Shown here: piece after piece, positions 46,364-55,273 of the stretch
Position numbering within the stretch: the stretch's first letter is position 1
Layout of the letters: every line of letters begins with the position of its first letter
Source: Patescibacteria group bacterium
GTDB lineage: Bacteria; Patescibacteriota; Minisyncoccia; UBA6257; HR35
Assembly (NCBI GenBank): GCA_036741875.1
Contig: DAINRM010000002.1
Span: 27,845 to 83,117, forward strand
DNA: 55,273 nt
Reading direction: 5' to 3'
Position numbers and translations under genes: made by a program
The notes under the pieces: model-generated
What the model saw: only the letters and a program-made list of their open reading frames with translations
The model's database searches: none
Told to the model about the DNA's origin: nothing

Positions 46364-46963
46364 ATGTTAAAAGATATTCTTTTTTTAGATATTTATTATC
46401 CTTTCAGTCTTCTTTTTTTAATTTTAAGCTTTTTATCTTATTTTTTCAAAGAGGAAAAAAGAATAAACTACTTGAGTCTTCTTTTAGTTTCTCTTATTTT
46501 TACTTTTCTTTTTTATTCTTTCTTTCTTTCTTTTCTTCAATATCTTATTTGGAAAAATAATAATTTCTCAAAATTTCTTTTACCACCTTATACCCCAATT
46601 TCTTATTTTTTAAATTATGCTTTTTTTATTTTTTTTCGAGATTTTATTTTTAGACTTTTTGGTTTTTTACTTGTTTTTGTTTTTCTTTATCTTATTTTTT
46701 TTATTTTGAAACGAGATCCATTTTATGATGATGAAAAATACTTTATTCTCATTTCCTCTCTCTTTTTTTCTTTTCCCTATAATTTCTTCTTTATTTCTTT
46801 TTCTTTTTTTATACTATTATTAATGGCAACTTTATCTATTTTTTTTAAAGAAGAAAAGTATTATTCGTTTAGATTTTTTTGGCTTATTTTAAGTTTTTTA
46901 CTTTTAATTTTAGAAATCCCGCTTTATAAAAAATTCTTCTTTCTTGTCCAAATAAAACCATGA
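46364..46963 (+). CDS. hypothetical polytopic membrane protein coupled to pilB
   Basis: 199 aa, Phe/Leu-rich, about 5-6 TM segments. Internal repeat LS(Y/I)FFKEEK at aa 24-32 and 157-165. ATGA overlap with pilB. Confidence 0.6.
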   Translation: MLKDILFLDIYYPFSLLFLILSFLSYFFKEEKRINYLSLLLVSLIFTFLFYSFFLSFLQYLIWKNNNFSKFLLPPYTPISYFLNYAFFIFFRDFIFRLFGFLLVFVFLYLIFFILKRDPFYDDEKYFILISSLFFSFPYNFFFISFSFFILLLMATLSIFFKEEKYYSFRFFWLILSFLLLILEIPLYKKFFFLVQIKP

Positions 46964-48666
46964 TTTTGCCAGAAGAAAAAATTAAAAATATTTTAATAAG
47001 CAAGGGTATTATAGATGAAGACTTATATGAAAGAATTAGAGAAGATTCAAAAAGATTAGGAATACCCTTTTATGAAGTTTTGATTCAAAGAAGACTTTTA
47101 GATTTAAATTATTTTTATGATCTTATCGCTGAAGAAATTAAAGTTCCAAGGATTTCTTTAAAAAGCATTTCTATACCAACCTTTGTTCTTTCTTTAGTAC
47201 CTGAAAGATTAGCTTTTGAAAAAAAACTTATTCCCTTTGCTTTAGAAAATGATGTTTTAAAAATAGGAATGGTTAATCCTTTAGATTTAGAAACTATAAA
47301 AATTCTTGAAGAGGTAACCCATAAAAAAATAGAAGTTTATTTAATCACTCCCGAAGATTTAAGAATAGCTTTAATAAATTATCAAATATTTTATGCAGAA
47401 GAATATAAAAGAAAATTTCAATCAGATATTAAAACTCTTCATTCTGCTGGTTTAATTACTGAAGAATCTACTGTTAGTTTGGTAAATAACTTAATAGGTT
47501 ATGCTTTTAGCTCTCGAGCTTCTGATATTCATATTGAGCCATTAGAAAAAGAAATTTTAGTAAGATTTAGAATTGATGGTATTTTAAGAGAAATTATGCA
47601 CCTTCCCAAAGAATTTTTAGATCCTATTATTGCCCGAATTAAAGTAATTTCTAGTCTTCAACTTGATGAACACTTTAGACCCCAAGATGGAAGATTTAAA
47701 ACAAAAATTAGTGATTTTGAATTTGATATTCGTGTAGCTATTATGCCTACTCTTTATGGAGAGAAAGCTGTCTTAAGAATTCTTTCAGGAGCAGTTAAGC
47801 CAACATCTTTAGATGAGTTAGGTATACTTTCTCCGCTCAAAGAACTTGTTTTAGACTCCATAAAGAAAACTTTTGGCATGATTTTAGTTACCGGTCCCAC
47901 AGGATCTGGTAAAACGACAACACTTTACACTATTATAAATATTTTAAATAAACCAGAAGTTAATATTGTAACCATAGAAGATCCAATTGAATATGCTATT
48001 CCTTACGTTAATCAAACTCAAGTAAATCTTAAAGTAGGACTTAATTTTGCTGTTGGTTTAAGAGCTTTTCTTAGACAGGATCCAGATATTATTATGGTTG
48101 GTGAGATTAGAGATGCAGAAACAGCTGATGTGGCTGTTCAAGCTGCTTTAACTGGTCACCTTGTTCTTTCAACTTTACACACTAACGACGCACCTACAAC
48201 TATTCCTCGTTTAATTGATTTAGGTGTTCCTCATTATTTAGTTGCTGATAGTTTGACTTTAATTTTAGCTCAAAGATTAGTAAGAAAGATTTGCCCTGAT
48301 TGTATCGTTTCTGAAGAAATTTCTGAATATAAGAAAAAAATAATCTTAGAACAGCTTAAATCTTTAGAAGTACCTCAAGAAACTTTTGAAGAATATAAAA
48401 ATAAACTTGAAAAAGCCTATCTTTTTAAAGGAAAAGGCTGTCAAAATTGTGGTTATAGTGGCTATCGAGAAAGAACTGGTATTTTTGAAGGATTGATTAT
48501 GAATGATGAACTTAGGGAAATTATTGCTTCTAAAGAGTTTACCTTATCAAAAATTAAAGAAATAATAAGAAAAAATGGCTATAGAACTCTCTTTGAAGAT
48601 GGTTTGGAGAAAGTTCTTATAGGAATAACCACGGTCGAAGAAATTTTAAGAGTGATTAGAGAATAA
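46960..48666 (+). CDS. pilB: type IV pilus assembly ATPase (GspE/PilB family)
   Basis: 568 aa with Walker A GPTGSGKTTT, Asp/His boxes and the tetracysteine motif CPDC...CQNC. Confidence 0.9.
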   Translation: MILPEEKIKNILISKGIIDEDLYERIREDSKRLGIPFYEVLIQRRLLDLNYFYDLIAEEIKVPRISLKSISIPTFVLSLVPERLAFEKKLIPFALENDVLKIGMVNPLDLETIKILEEVTHKKIEVYLITPEDLRIALINYQIFYAEEYKRKFQSDIKTLHSAGLITEESTVSLVNNLIGYAFSSRASDIHIEPLEKEILVRFRIDGILREIMHLPKEFLDPIIARIKVISSLQLDEHFRPQDGRFKTKISDFEFDIRVAIMPTLYGEKAVLRILSGAVKPTSLDELGILSPLKELVLDSIKKTFGMILVTGPTGSGKTTTLYTIINILNKPEVNIVTIEDPIEYAIPYVNQTQVNLKVGLNFAVGLRAFLRQDPDIIMVGEIRDAETADVAVQAALTGHLVLSTLHTNDAPTTIPRLIDLGVPHYLVADSLTLILAQRLVRKICPDCIVSEEISEYKKKIILEQLKSLEVPQETFEEYKNKLEKAYLFKGKGCQNCGYSGYRERTGIFEGLIMNDELREIIASKEFTLSKIKEIIRKNGYRTLFEDGLEKVLIGITTVEEILRVIRE

Positions 48667-49907
48667 TGAAAGTTTTTAGATTTAAAGCTTATGATGAAAG
48701 GGGTAATTTAAAATCGGGCAATCTTTTTATGAATTCTCAAGAAGAATGTTTAGCTTTTCTTTTAAGAAATAATTTAACTCCCGTAGAAATAAAAGAAATT
48801 CCAGAAAACTTTTTTTTGAAGTTATATTTAAAAATCTTTTTTAGACTTTCTCTTTCTCAAAAAATATTTTTTGCTCGTAATCTTTATTTGATTTTAAAAT
48901 CAGGACTTGATATTAATCGAGGATTAAAAATTTTACTTCGAGAATCTAAAGGAAGTTTAGCTGATTTTCTTTATTATTTAAATTATAGTTTGCAAAAAGG
49001 AGAACCTCTTTATAAAACCTTAGCTTCTTTTCCGCACATTTTTTCAGAAGTAGAAATAGAAACAATTAGAGCTGGAGAAATTTCAGGAAATTTAGCAGAA
49101 AACTTACTTCGCTGGGTAGAAAACTTAGAAAAGAAAAGACAAATACAAGCTGAAATTATAGGTAACTTACTTTATCCAGCTATAGTTTTTTTAATGTCTT
49201 TAGGAGTTATCTTTCTTCTTATCACCTTTGTAATGCCTAAAATAGGCATCTTGATAAAAGAATTAACAAAAAACCCTCCTTTACTTACAAGATTGCTTCT
49301 TTTTCTTTCGGAATTTACCAATGCTTATCTTTTTCAGATAATTCTTTTTTCCTTTTTCTTTTTAATTTTTTTAATTATTTTGATTTTGCTTAAAAGTACA
49401 AGAAAAATATTTACTCAAATTTTTATGAGGCTTCCTCTAATTTCAAAAATCTATCTTTATCTTGCTTTAAGTGACTTTTTGTTTATTTTGAGTTCTCTTC
49501 TTAAAGCCGGCATTTCACTCCCTCAAGCTTTAAGACTTAGTTATCGAAGTGTTAATTATCCTGGAGTTAGTGAGGCTATTTTGAATGTAGAGAAAAAAAT
49601 AGTTTCTGGAAAAAGATTTGGTGAAGCTTTATCAGAAGAACCCTTATTTCCTCCTATTTTAGCTAATATTTTAGGTGTAGCTTCAGAAACTGGAAATTTA
49701 GAAGAAACCTTAGAAATTATGGAAGAACATTACAGACAAGAATTTAGGAATTTAGTAAATAATTTTTTAACACTTCTCCAACCGATGCTTCTTATTTTTG
49801 TTGGTATTTTTGTCGGTTTTGTAGCTATTGCTGTTTTAGTTCCTATTTATCAGCAAATTTCTACTCAACTTCAATCACCATCAGGAGTTAGTCCCGCTGG
49901 TTTTTAA
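48666..49907 (+). CDS. pilC: type IV pilus platform protein (GspF/PilC family)
   Basis: 413 aa with two GspF repeats (SGLDINRGLKIL and AGISLPQALRL) and 3 TM regions. Confidence 0.88.
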   Translation: MKVFRFKAYDERGNLKSGNLFMNSQEECLAFLLRNNLTPVEIKEIPENFFLKLYLKIFFRLSLSQKIFFARNLYLILKSGLDINRGLKILLRESKGSLADFLYYLNYSLQKGEPLYKTLASFPHIFSEVEIETIRAGEISGNLAENLLRWVENLEKKRQIQAEIIGNLLYPAIVFLMSLGVIFLLITFVMPKIGILIKELTKNPPLLTRLLLFLSEFTNAYLFQIILFSFFFLIFLIILILLKSTRKIFTQIFMRLPLISKIYLYLALSDFLFILSSLLKAGISLPQALRLSYRSVNYPGVSEAILNVEKKIVSGKRFGEALSEEPLFPPILANILGVASETGNLEETLEIMEEHYRQEFRNLVNNFLTLLQPMLLIFVGIFVGFVAIAVLVPIYQQISTQLQSPSGVSPAGF

Positions 49908-49916
49908 GTTAATTTT

Positions 49917-49925
49917 TGATATAAT
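49917..49925 (+). promoter_or_regulatory. extended -10 (TGaTATAAT) 8 nt upstream of the lysS ATG
   Basis: TG at 49917-49918, TATAAT at 49920-49925, ATG at 49934, no SD. Confidence 0.35.
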
Positions 49926-49933
49926 TTTTAAAA

Positions 49934-51394
49934 ATGACAAAAGAAGAAAAACTTAAAATTATCAAAGAAGAACTAAATTACAATCCTTATCCAGATACTT
50001 CTCCTAAAAAAACAGATATTAAAGAATTTTTAGACAATTTTAATAAAAATTTAAAAAATAAAAAAAATTTTTGGCTTTGTGGAAGAATTATGGCTTTTAG
50101 AGATCATGGTAAAATAGCTTTTATAGATCTTAAAGATTTTTCAGGTAGGGTACAGATTATCTTAAAAAAAGAAGAAACTAAGGACTACGAAAATTTTGTC
50201 AAAATAGCTGATATAGGAGATTTTTTTGGGTTTTATGGTTTTGCTTTTTTACCGTCAAGTAAAGAAAAAAGCCTTTTAGCTAAAAAATGGCTTTTACTTT
50301 CTAAGTCTATAAAAAATTTTCCCAAAGAATATTATAAAGTTAGAGATGAAGAACTTTTAGTAAGAAACCCTTATCTAAAAACAATTTTTTATGATGAAGA
50401 AAAAGAAACTTTTTATTATCGCTTTAGACTTTTAGAAGAATTAAGAAAAATTTTATGGGAAAGAGGTTTTGTTGAAGTAGAAACTCCTATTCTTCAAAGC
50501 CATTATGGAGGAGCTTTAGCAAGACCCTTTATTACTTATCTTGAGGCTCTTAAAGAAAAACTTTATCTTAGAATAGCTCCAGAGCTTTATCTTAAAAAAA
50601 TGATAGTCGGTGGTTTTGAAAAAATTTTTGAAATAGGTAAAAATTTTAGAAATGAAGGTATTGATAGAGAACATAATCCAGAATTTACTATGATGGAACT
50701 TTATTTTGCTTATCAAGACAGAGAAGGTTTAATAAAATTTACTGAAGAGATTTTAAAAGAATTAGTGAAAAGGTATAATAAAATGAGAGGTAAAAAGGGT
50801 TTAGAAATTGAATATCAAAATAGAAAAATAAACTTAGCTAAAAAATGGAAAGTTTTAAAGTATGTAGAACTTTTAAAAGAAAGAACCGGTTTAGATTATT
50901 TTGAAAACGCCTTGGAAGATTTTTTGAAACTGGCAGAAAGAGAAAAAATTGAATTTAATCCTAAAATAATTACTAAAGGAAAAATAGTTGACGAAATTTT
51001 TAAAAAACTTATAAGACCAACATTAATAGAACCTACTTTTTTAATTGATCATCCTAAAGATATTTCTCCTTTAGCTAAATCTCATCCCGAAAATCAAGAA
51101 CTTACTTTAAGATTCCAATTTTATCTTTTTGGTTTCGAAATTGCTAATGCTTTTGCTGAGCTTAATGATCCTTTTGATCAAAAAGAAAGATTTTTAAAAG
51201 AAGTTGAAGAACTTAAAAAAGGAAATCTTGAGGCTCATCCTTATGACGAAACTTTTATTGAGGCATTAGAGTATGGCATGCCACCAACAGCAGGACTTGG
51301 TATAGGGCTTGATAGGCTTTTTACCGTTCTTTTAAATAAAAAATCTTTAAAAGACGTAATTTATTTTCCTTTTGTTAAAAGAGAAAATGATTAA
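49934..51394 (+). CDS. lysS: lysine--tRNA ligase (class II)
   Basis: 486 aa with an OB anticodon-binding domain and class II motifs (FRNEGID..HNPEFTMME, GLGIGLDRL). Confidence 0.94.
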   Translation: MTKEEKLKIIKEELNYNPYPDTSPKKTDIKEFLDNFNKNLKNKKNFWLCGRIMAFRDHGKIAFIDLKDFSGRVQIILKKEETKDYENFVKIADIGDFFGFYGFAFLPSSKEKSLLAKKWLLLSKSIKNFPKEYYKVRDEELLVRNPYLKTIFYDEEKETFYYRFRLLEELRKILWERGFVEVETPILQSHYGGALARPFITYLEALKEKLYLRIAPELYLKKMIVGGFEKIFEIGKNFRNEGIDREHNPEFTMMELYFAYQDREGLIKFTEEILKELVKRYNKMRGKKGLEIEYQNRKINLAKKWKVLKYVELLKERTGLDYFENALEDFLKLAEREKIEFNPKIITKGKIVDEIFKKLIRPTLIEPTFLIDHPKDISPLAKSHPENQELTLRFQFYLFGFEIANAFAELNDPFDQKERFLKEVEELKKGNLEAHPYDETFIEALEYGMPPTAGLGIGLDRLFTVLLNKKSLKDVIYFPFVKREND

Positions 51395-52664
51395 ATCAGA
51401 AGAAATAAGAAAATTATTTTTAAGTTTTTTTGAGAAAAGAGGACATAAAATTGTACCTTCTTCTTCTTTGATTCCCTATGATGATCCTTCGGTTCTTCTT
51501 ACCACTGCTGGTATGCAACAATTTAAAAAATATTACACTAGAGAAAAAGATCCTTATAAGGATTTTGGCACGCAAAGAACTGCTTCTATCCAAAAATGTT
51601 TTCGTACTACTGACATTGATGAAGTTGGAGATGAAAGACATCTTACTTTTTTTGAAATGTTAGGAAATTTTTCTTTTGGTCCTGTGGAAAGCGATGATCC
51701 TCAAGATTTTGGAACTTCAGGTTATTTTAAAAGAGCAAGTATTTATTGGGCTTATGAATTTTTAACTAAAGAACTTTCTTTAAATATTGATTATGTCACT
51801 ATTTTTGGAGGCGAAAAAGATGTTCCTTTAGATAAAGCCTCTTTGAGAATTTGGCAAGAAATTGGTATTAATAAGATTGAAAAAAGGGGTAGGGAAGACA
51901 ATTTTTGGGGACCAACAGGAGATGAAGGACCTTGTGGACCAACAACAGAAATTTATTTAGAAGGAATAGAGGTTTGGAATCTTGTTTTTAATGAGTATTA
52001 TCAAGATAAAAATAAAAAGTTAAAAAAACTTGAATTTCCTGGTGTTGATACAGGAATGGGTTTTGAAAGACTTATGAAAGTTTTACAAAAAACAGAAACT
52101 ATTTTTGAAACAGATCTTTTTATGCCTCTTTTTAAAGTTTTAGAAGATATTCAAGGAGAGATAAGAAGAAAAAGAATCATTATGGATCATATAAGAGGAA
52201 GCGTTTTTTTGGTAGCCGATGGTCTTTATCCAAGCAATTTAGAAAGAGGTTATATTTTAAGAAGAATTTTAAGAAGAACTTTACTTCATTCTAAATTTTT
52301 GAATCTTTCTTTTGAAAAAATTGAAGAAATGATAAAAAAAACAATAGAAAAATATCAAGAATTTTATCCAGAACTTCAAAACTTTGAGAAAATTAAAAAA
52401 GTTATTTTTGATGAGTTAAATACTTTTGAGGAAACTTTAAAAAATGGTCTTAGAGAATTTGAAAAAAGAATTAAAGAAAGTGATAGTGAAGAAATTTTAG
52501 GAGAAAAAGTATTTTATCTTTATACTTCTTATGGTTTGCCTTACGAAATAAGCAAAGAACTTTTAAAAGAAAGAGGTATAATATTTTCAGAAAGAGCAGA
52601 AAAAGTTTTTCAAGAACTTTTTGAAAAACACCGACAAATTTCAAAAGGAGAAAATAATGGCTAA
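51387..52664 (+). CDS. alaS: alanine--tRNA ligase, catalytic and tRNA-recognition domains only
   Basis: About 425 aa from ATG 51387 with AlaRS N-terminal motifs (FFEKRGHKIVPSSSLIP, LLTTAGMQQFK, FFEMLGNFSFG, DTGMGFERL). Terminates before any editing or C-Ala domain. Confidence 0.88.
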   Translation: MIKSEEIRKLFLSFFEKRGHKIVPSSSLIPYDDPSVLLTTAGMQQFKKYYTREKDPYKDFGTQRTASIQKCFRTTDIDEVGDERHLTFFEMLGNFSFGPVESDDPQDFGTSGYFKRASIYWAYEFLTKELSLNIDYVTIFGGEKDVPLDKASLRIWQEIGINKIEKRGREDNFWGPTGDEGPCGPTTEIYLEGIEVWNLVFNEYYQDKNKKLKKLEFPGVDTGMGFERLMKVLQKTETIFETDLFMPLFKVLEDIQGEIRRKRIIMDHIRGSVFLVADGLYPSNLERGYILRRILRRTLLHSKFLNLSFEKIEEMIKKTIEKYQEFYPELQNFEKIKKVIFDELNTFEETLKNGLREFEKRIKESDSEEILGEKVFYLYTSYGLPYEISKELLKERGIIFSERAEKVFQELFEKHRQISKGENNG

Positions 52665-54225
52665 ATCAAAAACTTATATTTATTTAGAAGGAAAAGAAGA
52701 GCTTGGAGATATTGTTTATTTAATTTGTGAAAATAAAAACGATGAAATTGTTTTAGTTGTTCCTCCTAACTTTAAGGTTTTAAAAAACTTAAAAAACTTA
52801 GAACTCTTAAAAAAAGAAATTTATGCATGTAAAAAGAAGGTTTATTTTGATTCCCAGGATGATGAATTTTTAAGTCTTTGTGAATCTTCAGGTTTAGAGG
52901 TTTTTTTGAAAGATTATAAAGAAGAAAAAAGAGTTTTTGATATTAAGCCTCCACAAAAAAGGGAGGAAAAAAGAGAAGTTAAAGTAACTTTTAAAGAAGA
53001 GGATAAAAAAACTTTTTCGCAAAAAACTTTTTCTCTTAAACCTTCCTTTAATTTTTCCTTTTTTAAAGTCTTTAAAAAAATATTTATCATTGGAATTTTA
53101 TTTTTTGTTTCTTACCTTTTTCTTAATTTTATTTTAGGCTTTCTTCAAACCAAAGCAAAACTTACAGTTGTTTTAGATAAAAAAGATATGAGCTTTGAAG
53201 AAGTTATCACTATAAATGAAAATTCTGCCTTGCCTGATTATGAAAATAAAATTTTACCTGGTCAGAAGGTGAAGATTGAAAAAAATTTAACGGAAAGCAT
53301 CGAACCAACAGGAAGAGAAATCTATGAATTTTTGCCTAACCTTAAAGTTTATATTTATAATAAATTACCATCTAACTTTCCTTTGATTGCAGGGACAAGA
53401 CTTGGTTTTGAAGGAAATATTTTTAAAACTCTTCAAAGAGTTAATCTCCCTGAAGGAAATGAAATTAATCCAAGTAAAGCAGAAGTCGAAGCTTTTCCTT
53501 TTGAAATAAAAAATCAAAATTTAAATTTACCTAAAGGCACTAAGCTTTCTCTAGTAGCTCTTGAAGGCAAAAAAATGGATGACGGCAGGCTTTGGTCAGA
53601 TTATATTTATGCAGAAGTAGCTGAAGACTATAAAATTTCTGAAAAAACTTCTGAGGTTAAAATTGTCACACAAGATGATTTAACTAATTTAAGAATAGGT
53701 TTAGAAGAAAAAATTAAAAAAGATCTTCAAAGTGAACTTTATTTTCGTTATCCGCAAAGTTATCCTATTTTTGATGAATCTCTTATTTCTTTTAAAATTA
53801 CTAACATTTCACATACCATCGGAGAAAAAACTAATCAACTTTCAGGTATTGTTGAAGGAAAATTAGAAACTTATGTTTTAAATAAAAAAGAAGTCGAAGA
53901 TTTAGTTAAAGAAATAACTTTTAAATCTTTAGGTGAAGATAAAAATCAATTCATTATTGAAAAAGTGGAGGTGCTATCTCTTAATCTTCTTGATTTTGAT
54001 TTCAAAAAAGGAATCATGAAAGTTTCAATAAAGGCTAAAACTTATCTTAAACCTAATTTAAACGAGGAAATTTTAAAGAATATGATTAAAGGAAAGCCAT
54101 TAAAAGATTTAAACGAAACTCTCTACAATCTTAAAGGTATAAAAAGTATTAACTTTAAAATTTGGCCCTATTGGCGAGATAAATTACCATCTGATCCAAA
54201 AAGAATAGAGATTAGCTTTGAATGA
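52657..54225 (+). CDS. hypothetical single-pass membrane protein
   Basis: Start taken at ATG 52657, preceded by SD AAGGAG (52645-52650). One TM segment (IFIIGILFFVSYLFLNFILGFL) and a large C-terminal domain of unknown family. Confidence 0.6.
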   Translation: MAKSKTYIYLEGKEELGDIVYLICENKNDEIVLVVPPNFKVLKNLKNLELLKKEIYACKKKVYFDSQDDEFLSLCESSGLEVFLKDYKEEKRVFDIKPPQKREEKREVKVTFKEEDKKTFSQKTFSLKPSFNFSFFKVFKKIFIIGILFFVSYLFLNFILGFLQTKAKLTVVLDKKDMSFEEVITINENSALPDYENKILPGQKVKIEKNLTESIEPTGREIYEFLPNLKVYIYNKLPSNFPLIAGTRLGFEGNIFKTLQRVNLPEGNEINPSKAEVEAFPFEIKNQNLNLPKGTKLSLVALEGKKMDDGRLWSDYIYAEVAEDYKISEKTSEVKIVTQDDLTNLRIGLEEKIKKDLQSELYFRYPQSYPIFDESLISFKITNISHTIGEKTNQLSGIVEGKLETYVLNKKEVEDLVKEITFKSLGEDKNQFIIEKVEVLSLNLLDFDFKKGIMKVSIKAKTYLKPNLNEEILKNMIKGKPLKDLNETLYNLKGIKSINFKIWPYWRDKLPSDPKRIEISFE

Positions 54226-54284
54226 AATTTATGTTAAAATTTTAATAATAGTTATTTTTGGTCGAAGTAAGAAAGAAATGAAAG

Positions 54285-54608
54285 ATGACAAACGAAATTC
54301 CTGTTTATCAAAAAATTTTAGAAGAAATTTTAAGGTCATTAGTTAATCATCCAGAAAATGTGGTTATCACTAGAAAAATTGATGAAATGGGTGTTCTTTT
54401 AAGTATAAAACTTCATCCTCAAGATATGGCTCTTGTTATAGGTCGAAATGGAGAAACTATTAATGCTATAAAAAAAATAATTAAAGCAATCGGTAAAAGA
54501 CATTTTGCTCGAGTGAATATTAAAGTCGAAGAACCCACACCACTTGAAAGAGAAACTTCACTTCTTAAATCTGATGAAATTATTAAAAAACTTAAGGAGG
54601 AAGCTTAA
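54285..54608 (+). CDS. KH-domain RNA-binding protein (YlqC/UPF0109 family)
   Basis: 107 aa with a KH GxxG loop (VIGRNGETINAIKKI). Confidence 0.8.
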   Translation: MTNEIPVYQKILEEILRSLVNHPENVVITRKIDEMGVLLSIKLHPQDMALVIGRNGETINAIKKIIKAIGKRHFARVNIKVEEPTPLERETSLLKSDEIIKKLKEEA

Positions 54609-55264
54609 TGAGGTTTGATATTATTACTCTCTTTCCAGAAGCTTTTTCTTATCTGCAAACTTCAATTATAAAAAAAGCTCAAGAAAAAGGAATTATAAAA
54701 ATAAAATTTTGGAACCCAAGGAATTTTACTTTTGATAAACATAAAACTGTTGATGATCGTCCTTATGGTGGTGGTCCCGGAATGGTTATTAAATTTGAAC
54801 CCGTTTATTTAGCTTTAGAAAAAGCTAAAAAAGAATACCAAACAAAAAAAAGAAAAATTATCTTAACATCACCTGCAGGAAAAGTATTTAATCAAAATTT
54901 AGCCCAAAAACTTAGCCGAGAAAAACAAATTATTATTATTTGTGGTCATTATGAGGGAATTGATTCCAGAATAGAAAAATTTGTTGATTTAAAAGTTTCT
55001 TTAGGTAAATTTATGCTAAGTGGCGGAGAAATACCAGCTATGGCTATTGTTGATGCTGTTTCAAGGTTTTTGCCAGGTGTTTTACACAACCCCTTATCTC
55101 AAGAAGAAATAAGATTCGGAAAACTTTATTCTTTGCCTGTTTATACGCGTCCTCAAGTAATAAAAGTAAAAAATAAAATTTTAAAAGTACCTAAGGTTTT
55201 ACTTTCAGGTAATCATAGGTTGATTGAGAAGTGGCGAAAAAAGCATCTAAAAAAAATTCTTTAA
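54608..55264 (+). CDS. trmD: tRNA (guanine37-N1)-methyltransferase
   Basis: 218 aa. MRFDIITLFPE, DDRPYGGGPGMV, CGHYEGIDSR. SD AAGGAGG lies at 54594-54600. Confidence 0.93.
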   Translation: MRFDIITLFPEAFSYLQTSIIKKAQEKGIIKIKFWNPRNFTFDKHKTVDDRPYGGGPGMVIKFEPVYLALEKAKKEYQTKKRKIILTSPAGKVFNQNLAQKLSREKQIIIICGHYEGIDSRIEKFVDLKVSLGKFMLSGGEIPAMAIVDAVSRFLPGVLHNPLSQEEIRFGKLYSLPVYTRPQVIKVKNKILKVPKVLLSGNHRLIEKWRKKHLKKIL

Positions 55265-55273
55265 TTTTTGTTA

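Noticed and set aside
46364-46963. Assigning the membrane protein upstream of pilB as the prepilin peptidase (PilD/A24).
   Set aside because: It lacks the two conserved Asp-containing motifs, including GxGD-type, and lacks the size and topology typical of A24 peptidases.
2184-51663. Many 60-100-aa track ORFs lie inside or antisense to long conserved genes. Examples are 2184-2405, 3578-3766, 6191-6379, 9558-9782, 13386-13583, 13436-13657, 15909-17255 (four ORFs), 17482-17706, 18529-18732, 19556-19813, 22075-22287, 23740-23925, 29337-29570, 31845-32085, 33466-33678, 34783-35028, 35265-35453, 36554-36760, 38599-38781, 41969-42169, 50516-50716, 51420-51641 and 51478-51663.
   Set aside because: They overlap confidently identified genes and have low-complexity, Phe/Leu/Ser/Lys-rich translations, as expected from alternate frames of AT-rich coding DNA. 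They show no motifs or start signals.
1-55273. Scan for CRISPR arrays, IS elements or transposases, integrases, toxin-antitoxin pairs, rRNA genes and long tandem repeats.
   Set aside because: No regularly spaced direct repeats, no transposase- or integrase-like ORFs and no rRNA-like sequence were recognised. Intergenic space is almost fully accounted for by tRNAs, promoters and the two decayed genes.

Overview
AT-rich, very gene-dense bacterial chromosomal segment using the standard code (long ORFs contain no in-frame TGA). Gene content and style point to a small-genome Patescibacteria/CPR-like organism; this is inference, not proof. Supporting traits are short overlapping genes, an archaeal-type phosphoglycerate mutase, RtcB, a secretin-less type IV pilus set and scattered ribosomal operons. 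Most of the window is core information processing: rpoB-rpoC-rpmA, glyA, rsmA, nusA, ppa, the alpha operon (rpmJ-rpsM-rpsK-rpsD-rpoA-rplQ) with rpsP appended, rpsR, rnhB, dnaE, rpsL-rpsG-fusA, rnj, rbfA, rplS, lysS, alaS and a KH protein-trmD pair. There are four tRNAs: His-GUG, Gln-CUG, Leu-CAA and Leu-CAG. Accessory content is as follows. (1) A four-gene island of paralogous Cys-rich secreted Fn3-like/PKD proteins lies directly downstream of tRNA-His, with near-consensus promoters, mosaic near-identical DNA blocks and a shared C-terminal PPVVITLPPV tail on two members. (2) A split type IV pilus-like system has three pseudopilins coupled to fusA, and separately a pilin, an unknown membrane protein, PilB and PilC. 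(3) A trxB-glutaredoxin-like-DsbA-like operon is present, plus a second DsbA-like gene coupled to rtcB. (4) An ATP-cone/PD-(D/E)xK nuclease is coupled to ppa. (5) Two decayed genes flank glyA. Reductive oddities in core genes include an RpoA with no alpha-CTD, an AlaRS with no editing or C-Ala domains, and a TrxB without the HRRxxxR NADPH motif. No CRISPR array, transposase, integrase or rRNA was seen.
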